A DNA stretch of 64,000 bases from an uncultured Flavonifractor sp. (lineage in GTDB: Bacteria > Bacillota > Clostridia > Oscillospirales > Oscillospiraceae). The translations under genes and the position numbers were made by a program. Below the pieces are notes generated by a model. It was not told the origin of the DNA. It did not search any database and saw only the letters and a program-made list of their open reading frames with translations. Positions 49,551-59,088 of the stretch are shown here, one piece after another (positions within the stretch are counted from its first letter, which is position 1; each line of letters opens with the position of its first letter). Location of the stretch: assembly GCA_944383135.1 (NCBI GenBank), contig CALWOL010000074.1, forward strand, positions 5,483-69,482. Reading direction: 5' to 3'.

Positions 49551-50723
49551 ATGGGATTGTTTCAGAAAAAGGAGCGGGGAGGAGGCGGCCTGGCCGTCCA
49601 GCTCCGGGAGGGGGGCAGACACCCCTTCGACGTGCTGGACGGCTACGTGCCCCTGCGGCATGGGGAAATTGCCCTCTACCGGGCCATCCGGGAGGCGGTG
49701 CCCATTGTGGACGCCGCCATCTGGAAGCTCATCCGCCTCAGCGGCGGCGTCAGGGCGGTCTGCCGGGACAAACAAGCCCAGGAGGGGCTGGACTGGTTCC
49801 TGCGGCACGTGAACACCGGCCGGGGGCAGCGGGGTATCCAGTCCTTTTTGGACTGCTACCTGGACTCCATGCTCACCTGCGGGCGGGCGGTGGGGGAAAT
49901 TGTCCCGGACCGCAGGCGCACCGACATTGCCGCCCTGCTGTGCGGCAACGCGGCGGACATTGAAATCAAGGAGGGGGCCTCCCCCATGGAGTTTTCCATC
50001 TGGGGCAGGGGGGAGGACGGCACCATGGCGCGGCTGCCCCGGCAGGAGCTGCTGCTCTTTACCCCCTTCCAGCCGGAGACCGACAGCCCCTACGGGGTGA
50101 GTATGCTCCGCTCCATGCCCTTCCTGACGGAAATTTTGCTGAAAATCTACCAGGCCACGGGGATGAACTGGGAGCGGATGGGCAACCTCCGCTTCGCCGT
50201 GGTGTACAAGCCGGGGGATACCCCCCTGGACCAGAGCCTGGTCCAGGAACGCAGCCGTCAGATTGCCCGGGAGTGGTCCGCCGCCATGCAGGCGGGAAAG
50301 GACGGTTCCGTGCGGGACTTTGTGGCGGTGGGGGATGTGGACATCAAGGTGATTGGAGCGGACAACCAGGTGCTGGACAGCGAGGTGCCGGTGCGGCAGA
50401 TTCTGGAGCAGCTGGTGGCCCGCACCGGAATTCCCCCCTTCCTGCTGGGCCTGTCCTGGTCCTCCACCGAGCGGATGAGCACCCAGCAGGCGGACATGAT
50501 GACCAGCGAGATCACCGCCATCCGCCGCTCCCTGGAGCCGGTGGTGGAGCGCGTCTGCGAGCTGTGGCTCCGGCTCCACGGCTATGACAGCATGGTAACG
50601 GTGGAGTGGGAGGATATCAATTTGCAGGATCTGGTGGAGGAGGCCAGAGCCCAGCTCTACCGTCAGCAGAGCAGAGGGCTGGAGATGGACAATGACGCGC
50701 GGGAGAAGGGAGATATGGAATGA
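49551..50723 (+). CDS. Phage portal protein
   Basis: Follows TerL; about 390 aa; PYGVS and GIPPFLLG motifs typical of portals. Confidence 0.75.
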   Translation: MGLFQKKERGGGGLAVQLREGGRHPFDVLDGYVPLRHGEIALYRAIREAVPIVDAAIWKLIRLSGGVRAVCRDKQAQEGLDWFLRHVNTGRGQRGIQSFLDCYLDSMLTCGRAVGEIVPDRRRTDIAALLCGNAADIEIKEGASPMEFSIWGRGEDGTMARLPRQELLLFTPFQPETDSPYGVSMLRSMPFLTEILLKIYQATGMNWERMGNLRFAVVYKPGDTPLDQSLVQERSRQIAREWSAAMQAGKDGSVRDFVAVGDVDIKVIGADNQVLDSEVPVRQILEQLVARTGIPPFLLGLSWSSTERMSTQQADMMTSEITAIRRSLEPVVERVCELWLRLHGYDSMVTVEWEDINLQDLVEEARAQLYRQQSRGLEMDNDAREKGDME

Positions 50724-51604
50724 AAATTTCCAAGCAGGCGGGACTGGGGGAAGCCCTGACCCTGGACGAAAACGAGCTGGCGCTGATCAACGCCATGAGC
50801 CGGAAAGCACTGACGGCGGAAGAGGTGTACACCTTCGCGGTGCGGCTGTGCGACAACCAGGTGGACCGGGACGGAGAGCGCTTCCCGGTGGAAACCCTGG
50901 AAGAGCTGGCGGAGCTGTTTGTGGGCAAGAGCGGCATTTTTGACCACCAGTGGAGCGCCCGGGGGCAGACGGCCCGCATTTACCGCACCGAGCTGGTGCG
51001 GGAGGAGGGCAGCCCCACCGAGGCGGGAGAGCCCCTGTGCTACCTGAAGGGGTACGCCTACATGCTGCGCACCGAGGGGAATCAGGAGCTGATTGCCGAA
51101 ATCGAGGGGGGCATCAAAAAGGAGGTCAGCGTGGGCTGCGCCGTGGCTCAGGCCCGGTGTTCCATCTGCGGAGAAAACATCCGGGACAAGGGCCGGTGCC
51201 CCCACGAGCAGGGCATGACCTACGACGGAAAGCGGTGCTGGGCCGACCTGGTGGAGGCCACGGACGCATACGAGTGGTCCTTTGTGGCGGTGCCGGCACA
51301 GAAGGAGGCGGGGGTGATGAAGAGCATGAGGCAGGACATGGAGCAGCTGGAGCGGGAGGCCGCCCTGGGGCGGAAATACCTCCAGCGGCTGAAGGATGAG
51401 GTGGTCCGGCTGGGGGGCCTGGCGGAGCTGGGCCTGGAGCGGGATACCCTGGCGGTCATTGCCGGACGGCTGGAGGAGCCGGAGCTGGAGGGGCTGCGGG
51501 CTGCCTTCCAGCGGCAGGTGGACAAGGCCTGGGGGGCGGAAACCCAGCTGAAGGCACCGGAGGGCCTGGCGCCGGAGCAGAGAGACGGGGCGTTTTTGAT
51601 CTGA
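50720..51604 (+). CDS. Prohead protease/scaffold-like protein
   Basis: VDRDGERF, FDH, EVSVG, YEWSFVAVPAQ (HK97-type protease motifs) with a CSICG insertion; helical C-terminus. Confidence 0.7.
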   Translation: MKISKQAGLGEALTLDENELALINAMSRKALTAEEVYTFAVRLCDNQVDRDGERFPVETLEELAELFVGKSGIFDHQWSARGQTARIYRTELVREEGSPTEAGEPLCYLKGYAYMLRTEGNQELIAEIEGGIKKEVSVGCAVAQARCSICGENIRDKGRCPHEQGMTYDGKRCWADLVEATDAYEWSFVAVPAQKEAGVMKSMRQDMEQLEREAALGRKYLQRLKDEVVRLGGLAELGLERDTLAVIAGRLEEPELEGLRAAFQRQVDKAWGAETQLKAPEGLAPEQRDGAFLI

Positions 51605-51665
51605 AAACGGATTTGGGACGGCGGGCCGATGAGCGCATCGGCCTGAAAAAGAAAGGAGCAGAGAT

Positions 51666-52007
51666 ATGAGCAAGATTTCGTTTGAGGGCATTGGGGAAAT
51701 GGTGGCTACCTTCGCCTGCGGCGCGGACGTGGCCGCCGGCCAGGTGGTCAAGGTCAGCGCCGACGGGACGGTGGACCCCTGCGCCGCCGGCAACAAGATC
51801 TGCGGCGTGGCCCTGTCCGCCGAGGACGGCTATGCCGCCGTGCAGCTGGGGGGCCTGGTGAAGGTGGCCGTCAGCGGCGAGGGCGTGGCCGCCGGCTGGT
51901 GCAAGCTGTCCGCCGACGGCTCCGGCGGCATGAAGGCGGACAGCACCGCCGGCACCGAGTACCTGGTGGTGCGGGCGGAGAGCGACAGCGCCGTCATCTG
52001 TCTGTAA
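51666..52007 (+). CDS. Capsid decoration/cement protein (DUF2190-like)
   Basis: Small Gly/Ala-rich beta protein between protease and capsid genes; GQVVKV, GVA, VQLGG. Confidence 0.55.
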   Translation: MSKISFEGIGEMVATFACGADVAAGQVVKVSADGTVDPCAAGNKICGVALSAEDGYAAVQLGGLVKVAVSGEGVAAGWCKLSADGSGGMKADSTAGTEYLVVRAESDSAVICL

Positions 52008-52025
52008 GAAAGGGAGGATGCACAC

Positions 52026-53060
52026 ATGAGCTATCGTTTTGACAATCTCAAGCTGGAAAAGGGCATGTACAACGAGGCGGGCCGTACCTTTACCCAGGTG
52101 CTGGAGCGGGAGGACTCCTCCGAACAGTACAAGGGCACCGCCCTGGAGGGCCTGGACGCCTACCAGCGGCAGCTCAAGCGCTTTGACATCAAGGTGAAAG
52201 GCGCGGGCAGCGACGTGGTGGAAAAGTTCTTCTCCACCAGCCAGTCCGCCGTGCTCTTCCCCGAGTACATCGCCCGGTCGGTGCGCCAGGGGATGGAGGA
52301 GGCGGATTTGCTCCCCCACATCACCGCCGCCACCACCCGCTTTGACGGCATGGACTACCGCTCCATCGCCTCGGTACCCCAGGAGGACCAGAAGGCCCTG
52401 CGCCGGGTGGAGGAGGGGGCGGAAATCCCCCAGACCCAGGTCAAAACCCAGGAAAACCTGGTGAAGCTCCACAAGCGGGGCCGGATGCTGGTGGCCTCCT
52501 ACGAGGCCATCCGCTATCAGAAGCTGGATCTGTTCTCCGTCACCCTGCGGCAGATTGGCGCCCACATCAACCGGATGCATCTGGAGGACGCCATTGACGT
52601 GCTCCTCAACGGCGACGGCAACAGCAATCCCGCCGACGTGTTTACCGTGGGCACCGCGCCCATCGGCGGCACCGCCGGCACCCTGACCTACGACGAGCTG
52701 GTGGACTTCTGGGCCCAGTTTGAGCCCTATGAGATGAACACCCTGCTGGTGTCCGGCGATATGATGCGTCAGATGCTCAAGATGGAGGAGTTCCAGAACC
52801 CCCTCACCGGCCTGAACTTCCAGGGCACCGGAAAGCTGGCCGCGCCCCTGGGGGCCACCCTGCTGCGCACCTCCGCCCTGGAGAGCGGCAAGCTCATCGG
52901 TCTGGACAACCGGTACGCCCTGGAGATGGTACAGGGCTCCGACGTGATGGTGGAGTACGACAAGCTCATTGACCGGCAGCTGGAGCGGGCCGCCATCACC
53001 AGCATCTCCGGCTTTGCCAAGCTCTTTGCCGAGGCCTCCAAGGTGCTGAAGCTGAAATGA
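52026..53060 (+). CDS. Major capsid protein (HK97-fold, inferred)
   Basis: 344 aa; LFPEYI, VEEGAEIP, KRGRMLVASYE pattern; strong RBS. Confidence 0.8.
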   Translation: MSYRFDNLKLEKGMYNEAGRTFTQVLEREDSSEQYKGTALEGLDAYQRQLKRFDIKVKGAGSDVVEKFFSTSQSAVLFPEYIARSVRQGMEEADLLPHITAATTRFDGMDYRSIASVPQEDQKALRRVEEGAEIPQTQVKTQENLVKLHKRGRMLVASYEAIRYQKLDLFSVTLRQIGAHINRMHLEDAIDVLLNGDGNSNPADVFTVGTAPIGGTAGTLTYDELVDFWAQFEPYEMNTLLVSGDMMRQMLKMEEFQNPLTGLNFQGTGKLAAPLGATLLRTSALESGKLIGLDNRYALEMVQGSDVMVEYDKLIDRQLERAAITSISGFAKLFAEASKVLKLK

Positions 53061-53416
53061 GCGAGGAGATTGTAAGCCTGGCCCAGAAGCTGGGGCGGGT
53101 GGCGGAGACGGATTTGGAGCTGCTGGTCCTCCTGTGCCGGGCGGCAGAGGAGGAGGTGGCCGGGCGGCTGCGGGAGGGCCTGACCCCGAAGGACTGCGGC
53201 CGGGCCTATGTGCTGGGCTGCGCCTGGCTGGCGCTGGCGGCCCTGGCGGGCAACGAGGGGGGAAGCGCCCCGATGAAATTTACCGCCGGAGAGGTCTCCA
53301 TCCAGGAGGAGGGGAGCGGTACACAGCGGGCAAAGGCCCTCCGCCTCCAGGCGGAGACGGTGCTGGGACCCTACCTCCGGGACAGCGGCTTCGTATTTCG
53401 GGGGGTACCGGGATGA
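53057..53416 (+). CDS. Head-tail adaptor/connector (putative)
   Basis: Position after MCP; helical, about 120 aa; FTAGEVSI and LGPY motifs. Confidence 0.55.
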   Translation: MSEEIVSLAQKLGRVAETDLELLVLLCRAAEEEVAGRLREGLTPKDCGRAYVLGCAWLALAALAGNEGGSAPMKFTAGEVSIQEEGSGTQRAKALRLQAETVLGPYLRDSGFVFRGVPG

Positions 53417-53751
53417 CAGGCGCATGGGGAAGAATTCTGGAGAAATACGGTCAGAAGGTGACGGTATTCAAAGAGGGCACGGAGCAGGGCACAGCGTGCA
53501 GAGCCTTCCTCCAGCCCGCCCTGGAGCGCCGTGGGGAGGGCTACCAGACCCTCCCCACCCCCCTGGGGCTGGTGCGTCAGGACCAGTGGATTTACCTGGG
53601 CGATCCAAAGGTGTCCCTGGATGGGCTGGGGGAGGGCTATGTGGCCTGGGGGGAGAAGAAATTCGACCTCCGGGCCGCCCAGCCCGTCTATCTGGGGGAG
53701 GAGCTGGCCTACTGGTGGGGCCTGCTGGTGGTTCGGGACGCGGATGGGTGA
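53413..53751 (+). CDS. Head closure/neck protein (putative)
   Basis: ATGA-coupled; LEKYGQKVTV...AFLQP; beta-rich; synteny. Confidence 0.5.
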   Translation: MTGAWGRILEKYGQKVTVFKEGTEQGTACRAFLQPALERRGEGYQTLPTPLGLVRQDQWIYLGDPKVSLDGLGEGYVAWGEKKFDLRAAQPVYLGEELAYWWGLLVVRDADG

Positions 53752-53782
53752 AAAAAGCGGCGGGCAGAGGAGAGGATGGAGC

Positions 53783-54286
53783 GTGAGCCTGGACTTTGGA
53801 ACCCTTCGGGAACGGATGTGCGAATACCTGAACAGCCAAGGACTGGACGCGGTATGCGCCTACCCGGACAGCAGACGGCTGCGCCGGACGGGCGCGGTAG
53901 CCGCCGTGTCCCTGCGGAGCTGTCAGGGCGGGCCGGGCGGCTTCCAGGATTACCTGGGGGAGCGCTACGACGAGGAGAGCGGGCAGTGGCAGGAGCTGTA
54001 CGGGAAAAAGATTGTGCTCACCTTCGGACTGGACATCTACGCCCCTCCAAGAGAGGGCGCGGCGGAAATCCAGTCCGCCTTTGAGCAGATGGCGGAGGCC
54101 CTGCGGCTGGGAGGGCCCGCCGGGCTGCGGCTGCTGGAGCTCTCCTGCGGAGAGACGGAGTTTGACCAGGAGGCCGGCCTGTACCGCCGGAGGGTGGAGG
54201 CCCTGTGTCAGGGCTACCTCTACGCCGTGGCGGAGGAGGGCGGCGCCTTCCTGGACTTTATCGTGAGAGGAGAGAGCCGGATTTGA
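53783..54286 (+). CDS. Tail terminator/completion protein (putative)
   Basis: GTG start after GAGGA; directly upstream of the sheath gene; FGLDIYAP motif. Confidence 0.45.
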   Translation: MSLDFGTLRERMCEYLNSQGLDAVCAYPDSRRLRRTGAVAAVSLRSCQGGPGGFQDYLGERYDEESGQWQELYGKKIVLTFGLDIYAPPREGAAEIQSAFEQMAEALRLGGPAGLRLLELSCGETEFDQEAGLYRRRVEALCQGYLYAVAEEGGAFLDFIVRGESRI

Positions 54287-55311
54287 GTATGACAGTCCAT
54301 GAACGGCCGGGGGTTTATTCCGACTATGACGCCTCCGCCGTAATCAGCAGCACCGGCGGCGGGCGGACGGCCGGAGTGGCCGCGGTGTGCGCCAAGGGTG
54401 AGGCGGGGACCCTCTATGTGTTCAGCCGCTACGAGGACGCGGTGACCGCGCTGGGACAGGGAGAGAACCTGACTGAGCTGGTGCGGCTGCTGCTGCTCAA
54501 CGGCGCGGCCCAGGTGCGGGCGGTGCCGGTGGCCAGCGCTTCGGGCTATGAGGCCGCCTTCCAGCTGCTGGAGGCGGAGGAGGACGTGACCCTGATGATG
54601 TGCGACAGCACCGATGTGGCGGTGCAGCAGAAGCTGCGGGACAGCGTGTGCAGCGCCTCCGAGGCGCGGAGAGAGCGCATCGCCGTGGTGTGCGGCGGCG
54701 GGACGGAGAGCGCGGACAATCTGGTGCAGCGGGCGGGCCAGCTCAACAGCGAGCGGGTGGTGCTGCTGGCGCCGGGGGACGACGACTGCCTGCTGGCCGC
54801 CGCCGTGGCGGGGGCCATCGCCGGAGAGAGCGACCCCGCCGTGCCCCTGGGGGGCGCGGAGCTGAAGGGCCTGGGCGGTTTGGAGGCCCAGTATACCGAC
54901 AATGAGATTGACACCCTGGTGCGGGGCGGCGTCACCCCCCTGGAGCGGGTCAGCGGCGTGGTCAGTGTGGTGCGGGCGGTCACCACCCGGACCAAGTCCG
55001 GGGACGCGCCGGACGCCACCTGGCGGGAGCTGACCACGATCCGGATTGTGGATGACGTCATCCCCACCATCCGGGACGCCCTGCGGGCCAGATTCCGCAG
55101 GAGCAAGAACACGGAGCAGACCAGGGGAGCCATCCGCTCCCAGGTGATTCTGGAGCTGGAAAACAAGCTGAGCCGGGAGATCATTACCGGCTACGAAAAC
55201 GTCACGGTGCAGGCGGATGCGGAAAATCCCACGGTGTGCCTGGTGGACTTCGCCTTCACCGTGGCCCATGGGCTCAACCAGATTTGGCTGAGCGCCCACA
55301 TCACGGTGTAA
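54283..55311 (+). CDS. Contractile tail sheath protein
   Basis: N-terminal RPGVY, EIDTLVRGGVTPL, VRAVTT, IRIVDDV; C-terminal V.FAFTV...NQI; TTG 54283 or ATG 54289. Confidence 0.85.
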   Translation: MSMTVHERPGVYSDYDASAVISSTGGGRTAGVAAVCAKGEAGTLYVFSRYEDAVTALGQGENLTELVRLLLLNGAAQVRAVPVASASGYEAAFQLLEAEEDVTLMMCDSTDVAVQQKLRDSVCSASEARRERIAVVCGGGTESADNLVQRAGQLNSERVVLLAPGDDDCLLAAAVAGAIAGESDPAVPLGGAELKGLGGLEAQYTDNEIDTLVRGGVTPLERVSGVVSVVRAVTTRTKSGDAPDATWRELTTIRIVDDVIPTIRDALRARFRRSKNTEQTRGAIRSQVILELENKLSREIITGYENVTVQADAENPTVCLVDFAFTVAHGLNQIWLSAHITV

Positions 55312-55323
55312 AGGAGGATGCCT

Positions 55324-55713
55324 ATGAAAGTCGCGGGATTTCCCACCAGCAGCGACCTCTATCTGGAAATCGACGGGAAAAAGGTGGCGGTGGTGCAGAG
55401 CTACTCCGCCAAGTCCACCCGCACCAGCCAGAATGTGGAGGCCTTCGGCGAGGACGAGCCGGTGGCTACCATCCCCGGACAGCGCAGCCACGTCATTGAG
55501 CTGACCCGGCTGTACGCCACCGATGAGGCCATTCGGGACGGAATCAACTTCCACGATCTGGAGGACTTCAGCCTGGTCATCTGCAAGCCGGACCGGAAGA
55601 TTATCTACTCCGACTGCCAGTGGAGCGCCATCGGGGAGACTGGCGCTTTGGGGGCCATGGTGGTGGAGAAGATTACCGTGGTGGCCTCCAAACGCATCGA
55701 GACGGCGGTATGA
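55324..55713 (+). CDS. Tail tube protein (putative)
   Basis: About 130 aa, beta-rich, follows the sheath gene; strong RBS AAGGAGG. Confidence 0.7.
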   Translation: MKVAGFPTSSDLYLEIDGKKVAVVQSYSAKSTRTSQNVEAFGEDEPVATIPGQRSHVIELTRLYATDEAIRDGINFHDLEDFSLVICKPDRKIIYSDCQWSAIGETGALGAMVVEKITVVASKRIETAV

Positions 55714-56141
55714 CCATGGGGGAGCGGTCAATCCTCAGCCGGAGAGAGCGGCTGAGGCTGGAGGACGGCAGACAGCTGCGGCTGCTCTCCGCCCTGGAGC
55801 TGCTGGAGGCGGGCAGGGAGGCTGAGGAGCTGGCCCGGAGCGAGGGAGAGCGGGCCCTGTGCGCCAATGCCTGCCTGCTGGCCCGGGCCCTGGAGGAACG
55901 GGGACGGCCCCTCTTTTCCTCCGGCCGGGAAGTGCTGGAGAGACTGAGCGCCCGGGAGATTGCCGCCCTGGCCGGACGCTGGAACGAGCTGGACCGGGCG
56001 GAGAATCCCTCCCCGGAGGACGGGGAGGAGGGAGTCATGGCCCTAAAAAAAGCCTGGAGCACGCGCCTTATGAACGCCTTCGCTGGCGTGTGCTCCGGCT
56101 CTTTGGGGCCCTTCCCACGGAGGAACGGGCCCAGAAAATGA
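55710..56141 (+). CDS. Tail assembly chaperone (gpG-like), unshifted product
   Basis: Follows the tube gene; contains slippery CTA AAA AAA G. Confidence 0.65.
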   Translation: MTMGERSILSRRERLRLEDGRQLRLLSALELLEAGREAEELARSEGERALCANACLLARALEERGRPLFSSGREVLERLSAREIAALAGRWNELDRAENPSPEDGEEGVMALKKAWSTRLMNAFAGVCSGSLGPFPRRNGPRK

Positions 56142-56347
56142 AGGCGCGGGATTACCTGTGGTGCGCCCTCAACCTGATGCTGGACAGGGAGGAGGCACTG
56201 GAACGGCTGTGTCCCCACTGCCGGACGGAGGCGGAGGAGGCCCGCTGCCCGGTGTGCGGGATGCCCACGGGGGAGACAGCGGCGGCCCAAAACGCCTCCT
56301 TTGACCAGGAGCGCTATGAGCGGCTGAAGCGGGGGGAACGGGTATGA
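56051..56347 (+). CDS. -1 frame extension of the tail chaperone (gpGT-like) with CxxC-CxxC; alternative independent ATG at 56138
   Basis: -1 frame reads SLEHAPYERLRWRVL...CPHC...CPVCG; ATGA overlap with the next gene. Confidence 0.65.
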   Translation, partial: SLEHAPYERLRWRVLRLFGALPTEERAQKMKARDYLWCALNLMLDREEALERLCPHCRTEAEEARCPVCGMPTGETAAAQNASFDQERYERLKRGERV

Positions 56348-56832
56348 CCGATTATATTGAGACAATCCTCCGGGAACAGACGCGCCGGGAGGAGCGCCGG
56401 GTGGAAACCGACTGGCGAAAGGCCTGGGAGGAGACGGCCCTTCCCCTTGGAGAGGGGCAGGAAGAGGAAGGCGGCGGGACTCTGTCCCACGCCTCGGCGG
56501 GAGACGTGACGGAGAGAGACCCTGGGGCAGGCGAGACAGCGGCGGAGGATGTGGCGGCCGGCCGGGCCTTCCCCTGGGAGCCGGCGGTCAGCCCCCGCCC
56601 TCTGACCGCGGGGGCGGAGGCAGGAGAAGCCGCCCCGCCGGCGGCGGATTGGCTGGAGCAGGCGGTGGGGAAAAGTCTGACGGAGCTGCCCGCGCCCCGG
56701 CGGGAGAGCCGGGTGGTGACCCTGAGCCGGCCGGGAGAGGCGGAGCGGAGAACGGCCTGGGACGTGGAGACGCTGGACAGGCTCATCCGCCGGGATGCCA
56801 GAAGATTTGACGGGGGGTTTCAATTGCTGTGA
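56344..56832 (+). CDS. Short acidic protein at the tape-measure position
   Basis: Between chaperone and LysM genes and coupled on both sides; low-complexity centre; C-terminal [11 protein letters not shown]. Confidence 0.5.
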   Translation: MTDYIETILREQTRREERRVETDWRKAWEETALPLGEGQEEEGGGTLSHASAGDVTERDPGAGETAAEDVAAGRAFPWEPAVSPRPLTAGAEAGEAAPPAADWLEQAVGKSLTELPAPRRESRVVTLSRPGEAERRTAWDVETLDRLIRRDARRFDGGFQLL

Positions 56833-57398
56833 GACTGGCGGCAATGCGATATAAGGATTTTGTCTGGCCCCACAATCGCAGGGTGTATTCCATCGGATTC
56901 AGGCGGACCATGGGGGCGGACAAGGTGCCCTTCGGGCGGTACACCCTCCAGGATTTGGGGCCGGAGCAGCGGGTGATGGAGGGCGAGGGGGAGTTCGTGG
57001 GGGAAAATGCCTACCAACTCTTCAAGCAGCTGGCCACGGTGTTTTACGACGACGGGCCGGGGCTGCTGGTGCACCCGGTTTGGCAGACCTCCAACGCCTA
57101 TTTTGTAGAGCTCTCCCTCACCCAGGAGCCCAGGGCGGACTATGTGCGCTACCATTTTACCTTCTGGGAGAGCTATGACGGACACAGCACCGGCACCAGA
57201 GTCACCGGCGGCGGACAGCAGGAGAGCGCCGCAGGGGGCGGCGGCCAGGCGGAACAGTGGTACACCGTGGCGCGGGGGGACACCATGTGGGGGATTGCCC
57301 GGCGGTACGGCATGAGCCTGACCGCCCTGGTGGCCCTCAATCCCCAAATCAAAAACCCCAACCTGATTCTGGTGGGGCAGAAAGTGCGGGTGGCCTGA
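56829..57398 (+). CDS. LysM-domain tail tube initiator (XkdP-like)
   Basis: C-terminal [17 protein letters not shown]...[14 protein letters not shown]. Confidence 0.85.
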   Translation: MRLAAMRYKDFVWPHNRRVYSIGFRRTMGADKVPFGRYTLQDLGPEQRVMEGEGEFVGENAYQLFKQLATVFYDDGPGLLVHPVWQTSNAYFVELSLTQEPRADYVRYHFTFWESYDGHSTGTRVTGGGQQESAAGGGGQAEQWYTVARGDTMWGIARRYGMSLTALVALNPQIKNPNLILVGQKVRVA

Positions 57399-57399
57399 G

Positions 57400-58350
57400 A
57401 TGGAGGGGAAGCTGATATGCTGGGACGGCAGGGAGATTGCCCTGCCGGACGCAACCGCCTGGCAGTTCCGGTATGGCCGGGGCACCCCCTGCGACAGCTT
57501 TCTGCTCACTTGCCTGTGGGAGCCGGAGGGGGAGGACGCCCTGGCCGAGGCGGTCACCTTCACGGCGGCGGAAAACGGGGAGACCGTGTTTACCGGCGTG
57601 GTGGATGAGTGCGAGCGGGGCTGGACGGAACAGGGCGGCTTCCTTACCATATCCGGACGGAGCATGGCAGCCCGGCTGCTGGACAACGAGGCCCTGGGAA
57701 TGGAGTACCAGGTGGCCGTCTGGCAGGATATCCTGCGGGACCACGTGACGCCCTACGGCATTCAGGCCCTGCCGGGAGTCAGCCTGCCGGCGGTGCCGGG
57801 CTTCGTGGTGGAGACCGGCAGCAGCGAGTGGCAGGTGGTTTATGAATTCTGCCGCTATTACGGCGGCATTACCCCCCGCTTTGACCGGCTGGGCAGGCTG
57901 GTGGCCACCCCCTGGCCGGAGGGGGAGCGGATCAAGCTGGGAGAGAACGGGGCTATTACCGCCCTCACCCTGCGGGACCAGCGCTATGGCGTGCTGTCCC
58001 AGGTGCTGGTGCGGGATCGGACCACCCAGGCGGTGCAGAAGGTGGAAAACACGGACTTTGCCCGGCGGGGCGGCCTGTGCCGGCGGGTGCTCACCATGCC
58101 CGGACGGAGCAGCTATCAGGCGATGCGCTGGTCTGGGGACTACCAGCTGGCCCAAAGCCGGGAGGAGCTGCGGCAGTTGGAGCTGGAGCTGCCCGGCGCC
58201 TTCCTGGCCTGGCCGGGGGATTTGGTGGAGCTGGCGCCCCGGTACCCGGTGGGCCGGGGCCTGTGGCGGGTGGCGGAGATGACCTGCGGCCTGGACGGCG
58301 GCGGGCTCCACACCAAACTGACGCTGGGCGTCCCCGACGAGCTGCAGTAG
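57400..58350 (+). CDS. Baseplate hub protein (XkdQ/gp44-like)
   Basis: PCDSF, VFTGVVDE, ISGRSMAARLLD; synteny. Confidence 0.7.
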   Translation: MEGKLICWDGREIALPDATAWQFRYGRGTPCDSFLLTCLWEPEGEDALAEAVTFTAAENGETVFTGVVDECERGWTEQGGFLTISGRSMAARLLDNEALGMEYQVAVWQDILRDHVTPYGIQALPGVSLPAVPGFVVETGSSEWQVVYEFCRYYGGITPRFDRLGRLVATPWPEGERIKLGENGAITALTLRDQRYGVLSQVLVRDRTTQAVQKVENTDFARRGGLCRRVLTMPGRSSYQAMRWSGDYQLAQSREELRQLELELPGAFLAWPGDLVELAPRYPVGRGLWRVAEMTCGLDGGGLHTKLTLGVPDELQ

Positions 58351-58366
58351 GAAGGATGAAAAAGGT

Positions 58367-58735
58367 ATGTGGATTGCGGAGCGGAGCCGCCGCAGACCGG
58401 AGCCGGAGGGTCTGGCCCGCCTGGGGCAGATTACCCTGGCGGGAAATCCCGCGGGGGTCTGGCTGGACGGCGAGCGGCGGGATGTGCCGGTGTTCGCCCC
58501 CGGCGGGTATGTGTGGCGGCCCGGCCGGGGCGAGCAGGTGCTGGTGCTGAAAACCGGGGCGCAGGGGGAGACCCTGTGCGTGTTGGGAGAGCGCTGCCAG
58601 AGTACGTGGGAGCTGGAGGAGGGGGAAGTGCTCCTCCACAGCGGAAAGGCGGTGCTCCGCCTGAAGCGGGACGGGACGGTGGATGTTACCGGAACGCTGA
58701 CGGTCAACGGCCGGCAGGTGGTAACGGAGGGATGA
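58367..58735 (+). CDS. Baseplate spike (gpV/gp45-like)
   Basis: OB-fold-like PGG...PGRGEQVLV, LEEGEV, beta-repeat C-terminus VTGTLTVNG. Confidence 0.65.
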   Translation: MWIAERSRRRPEPEGLARLGQITLAGNPAGVWLDGERRDVPVFAPGGYVWRPGRGEQVLVLKTGAQGETLCVLGERCQSTWELEEGEVLLHSGKAVLRLKRDGTVDVTGTLTVNGRQVVTEG

Positions 58736-58739
58736 GCGG

Positions 58740-59084
58740 ATGGAATTGATGGTGCGGGACGGCGACTACGTCACCGATGAGACGGGCGGACTCCGCCGGG
58801 CGGAGGGCAGCCAGGAGCTGCTCCAGCGGGTGCTGTGGAAGCTGTCCATTCCCCGGGGGAGTTTCCCGCCCCTGCCGGAGCTGGGCAGTCAGCTGCACCT
58901 GCTGGGGCGGTGCAAAAGCGCCCAGCGGGAGAGCGTGGCCAGACAATACGCCGCCCAGGCGCTGGCCGACGAGCCGGAGCTGACGGTGACCGGTGCGGAA
59001 CTGGGGGAAGGCGGCGCCCTGCGGCTGGACCTGGAGTGGCGGGGAGAGTCGCTGGAGCTGACCATGGAGCTGGGAGGATGGTGA
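58740..59084 (+). CDS. Baseplate wedge protein (gp25/gp46/XkdS-like)
   Basis: LLQRV..KL...RGSF..LPELGSQLH; YAAQAL. Confidence 0.7.
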   Translation: MELMVRDGDYVTDETGGLRRAEGSQELLQRVLWKLSIPRGSFPPLPELGSQLHLLGRCKSAQRESVARQYAAQALADEPELTVTGAELGEGGALRLDLEWRGESLELTMELGGW

Positions 59085-59088
59085 GAAG

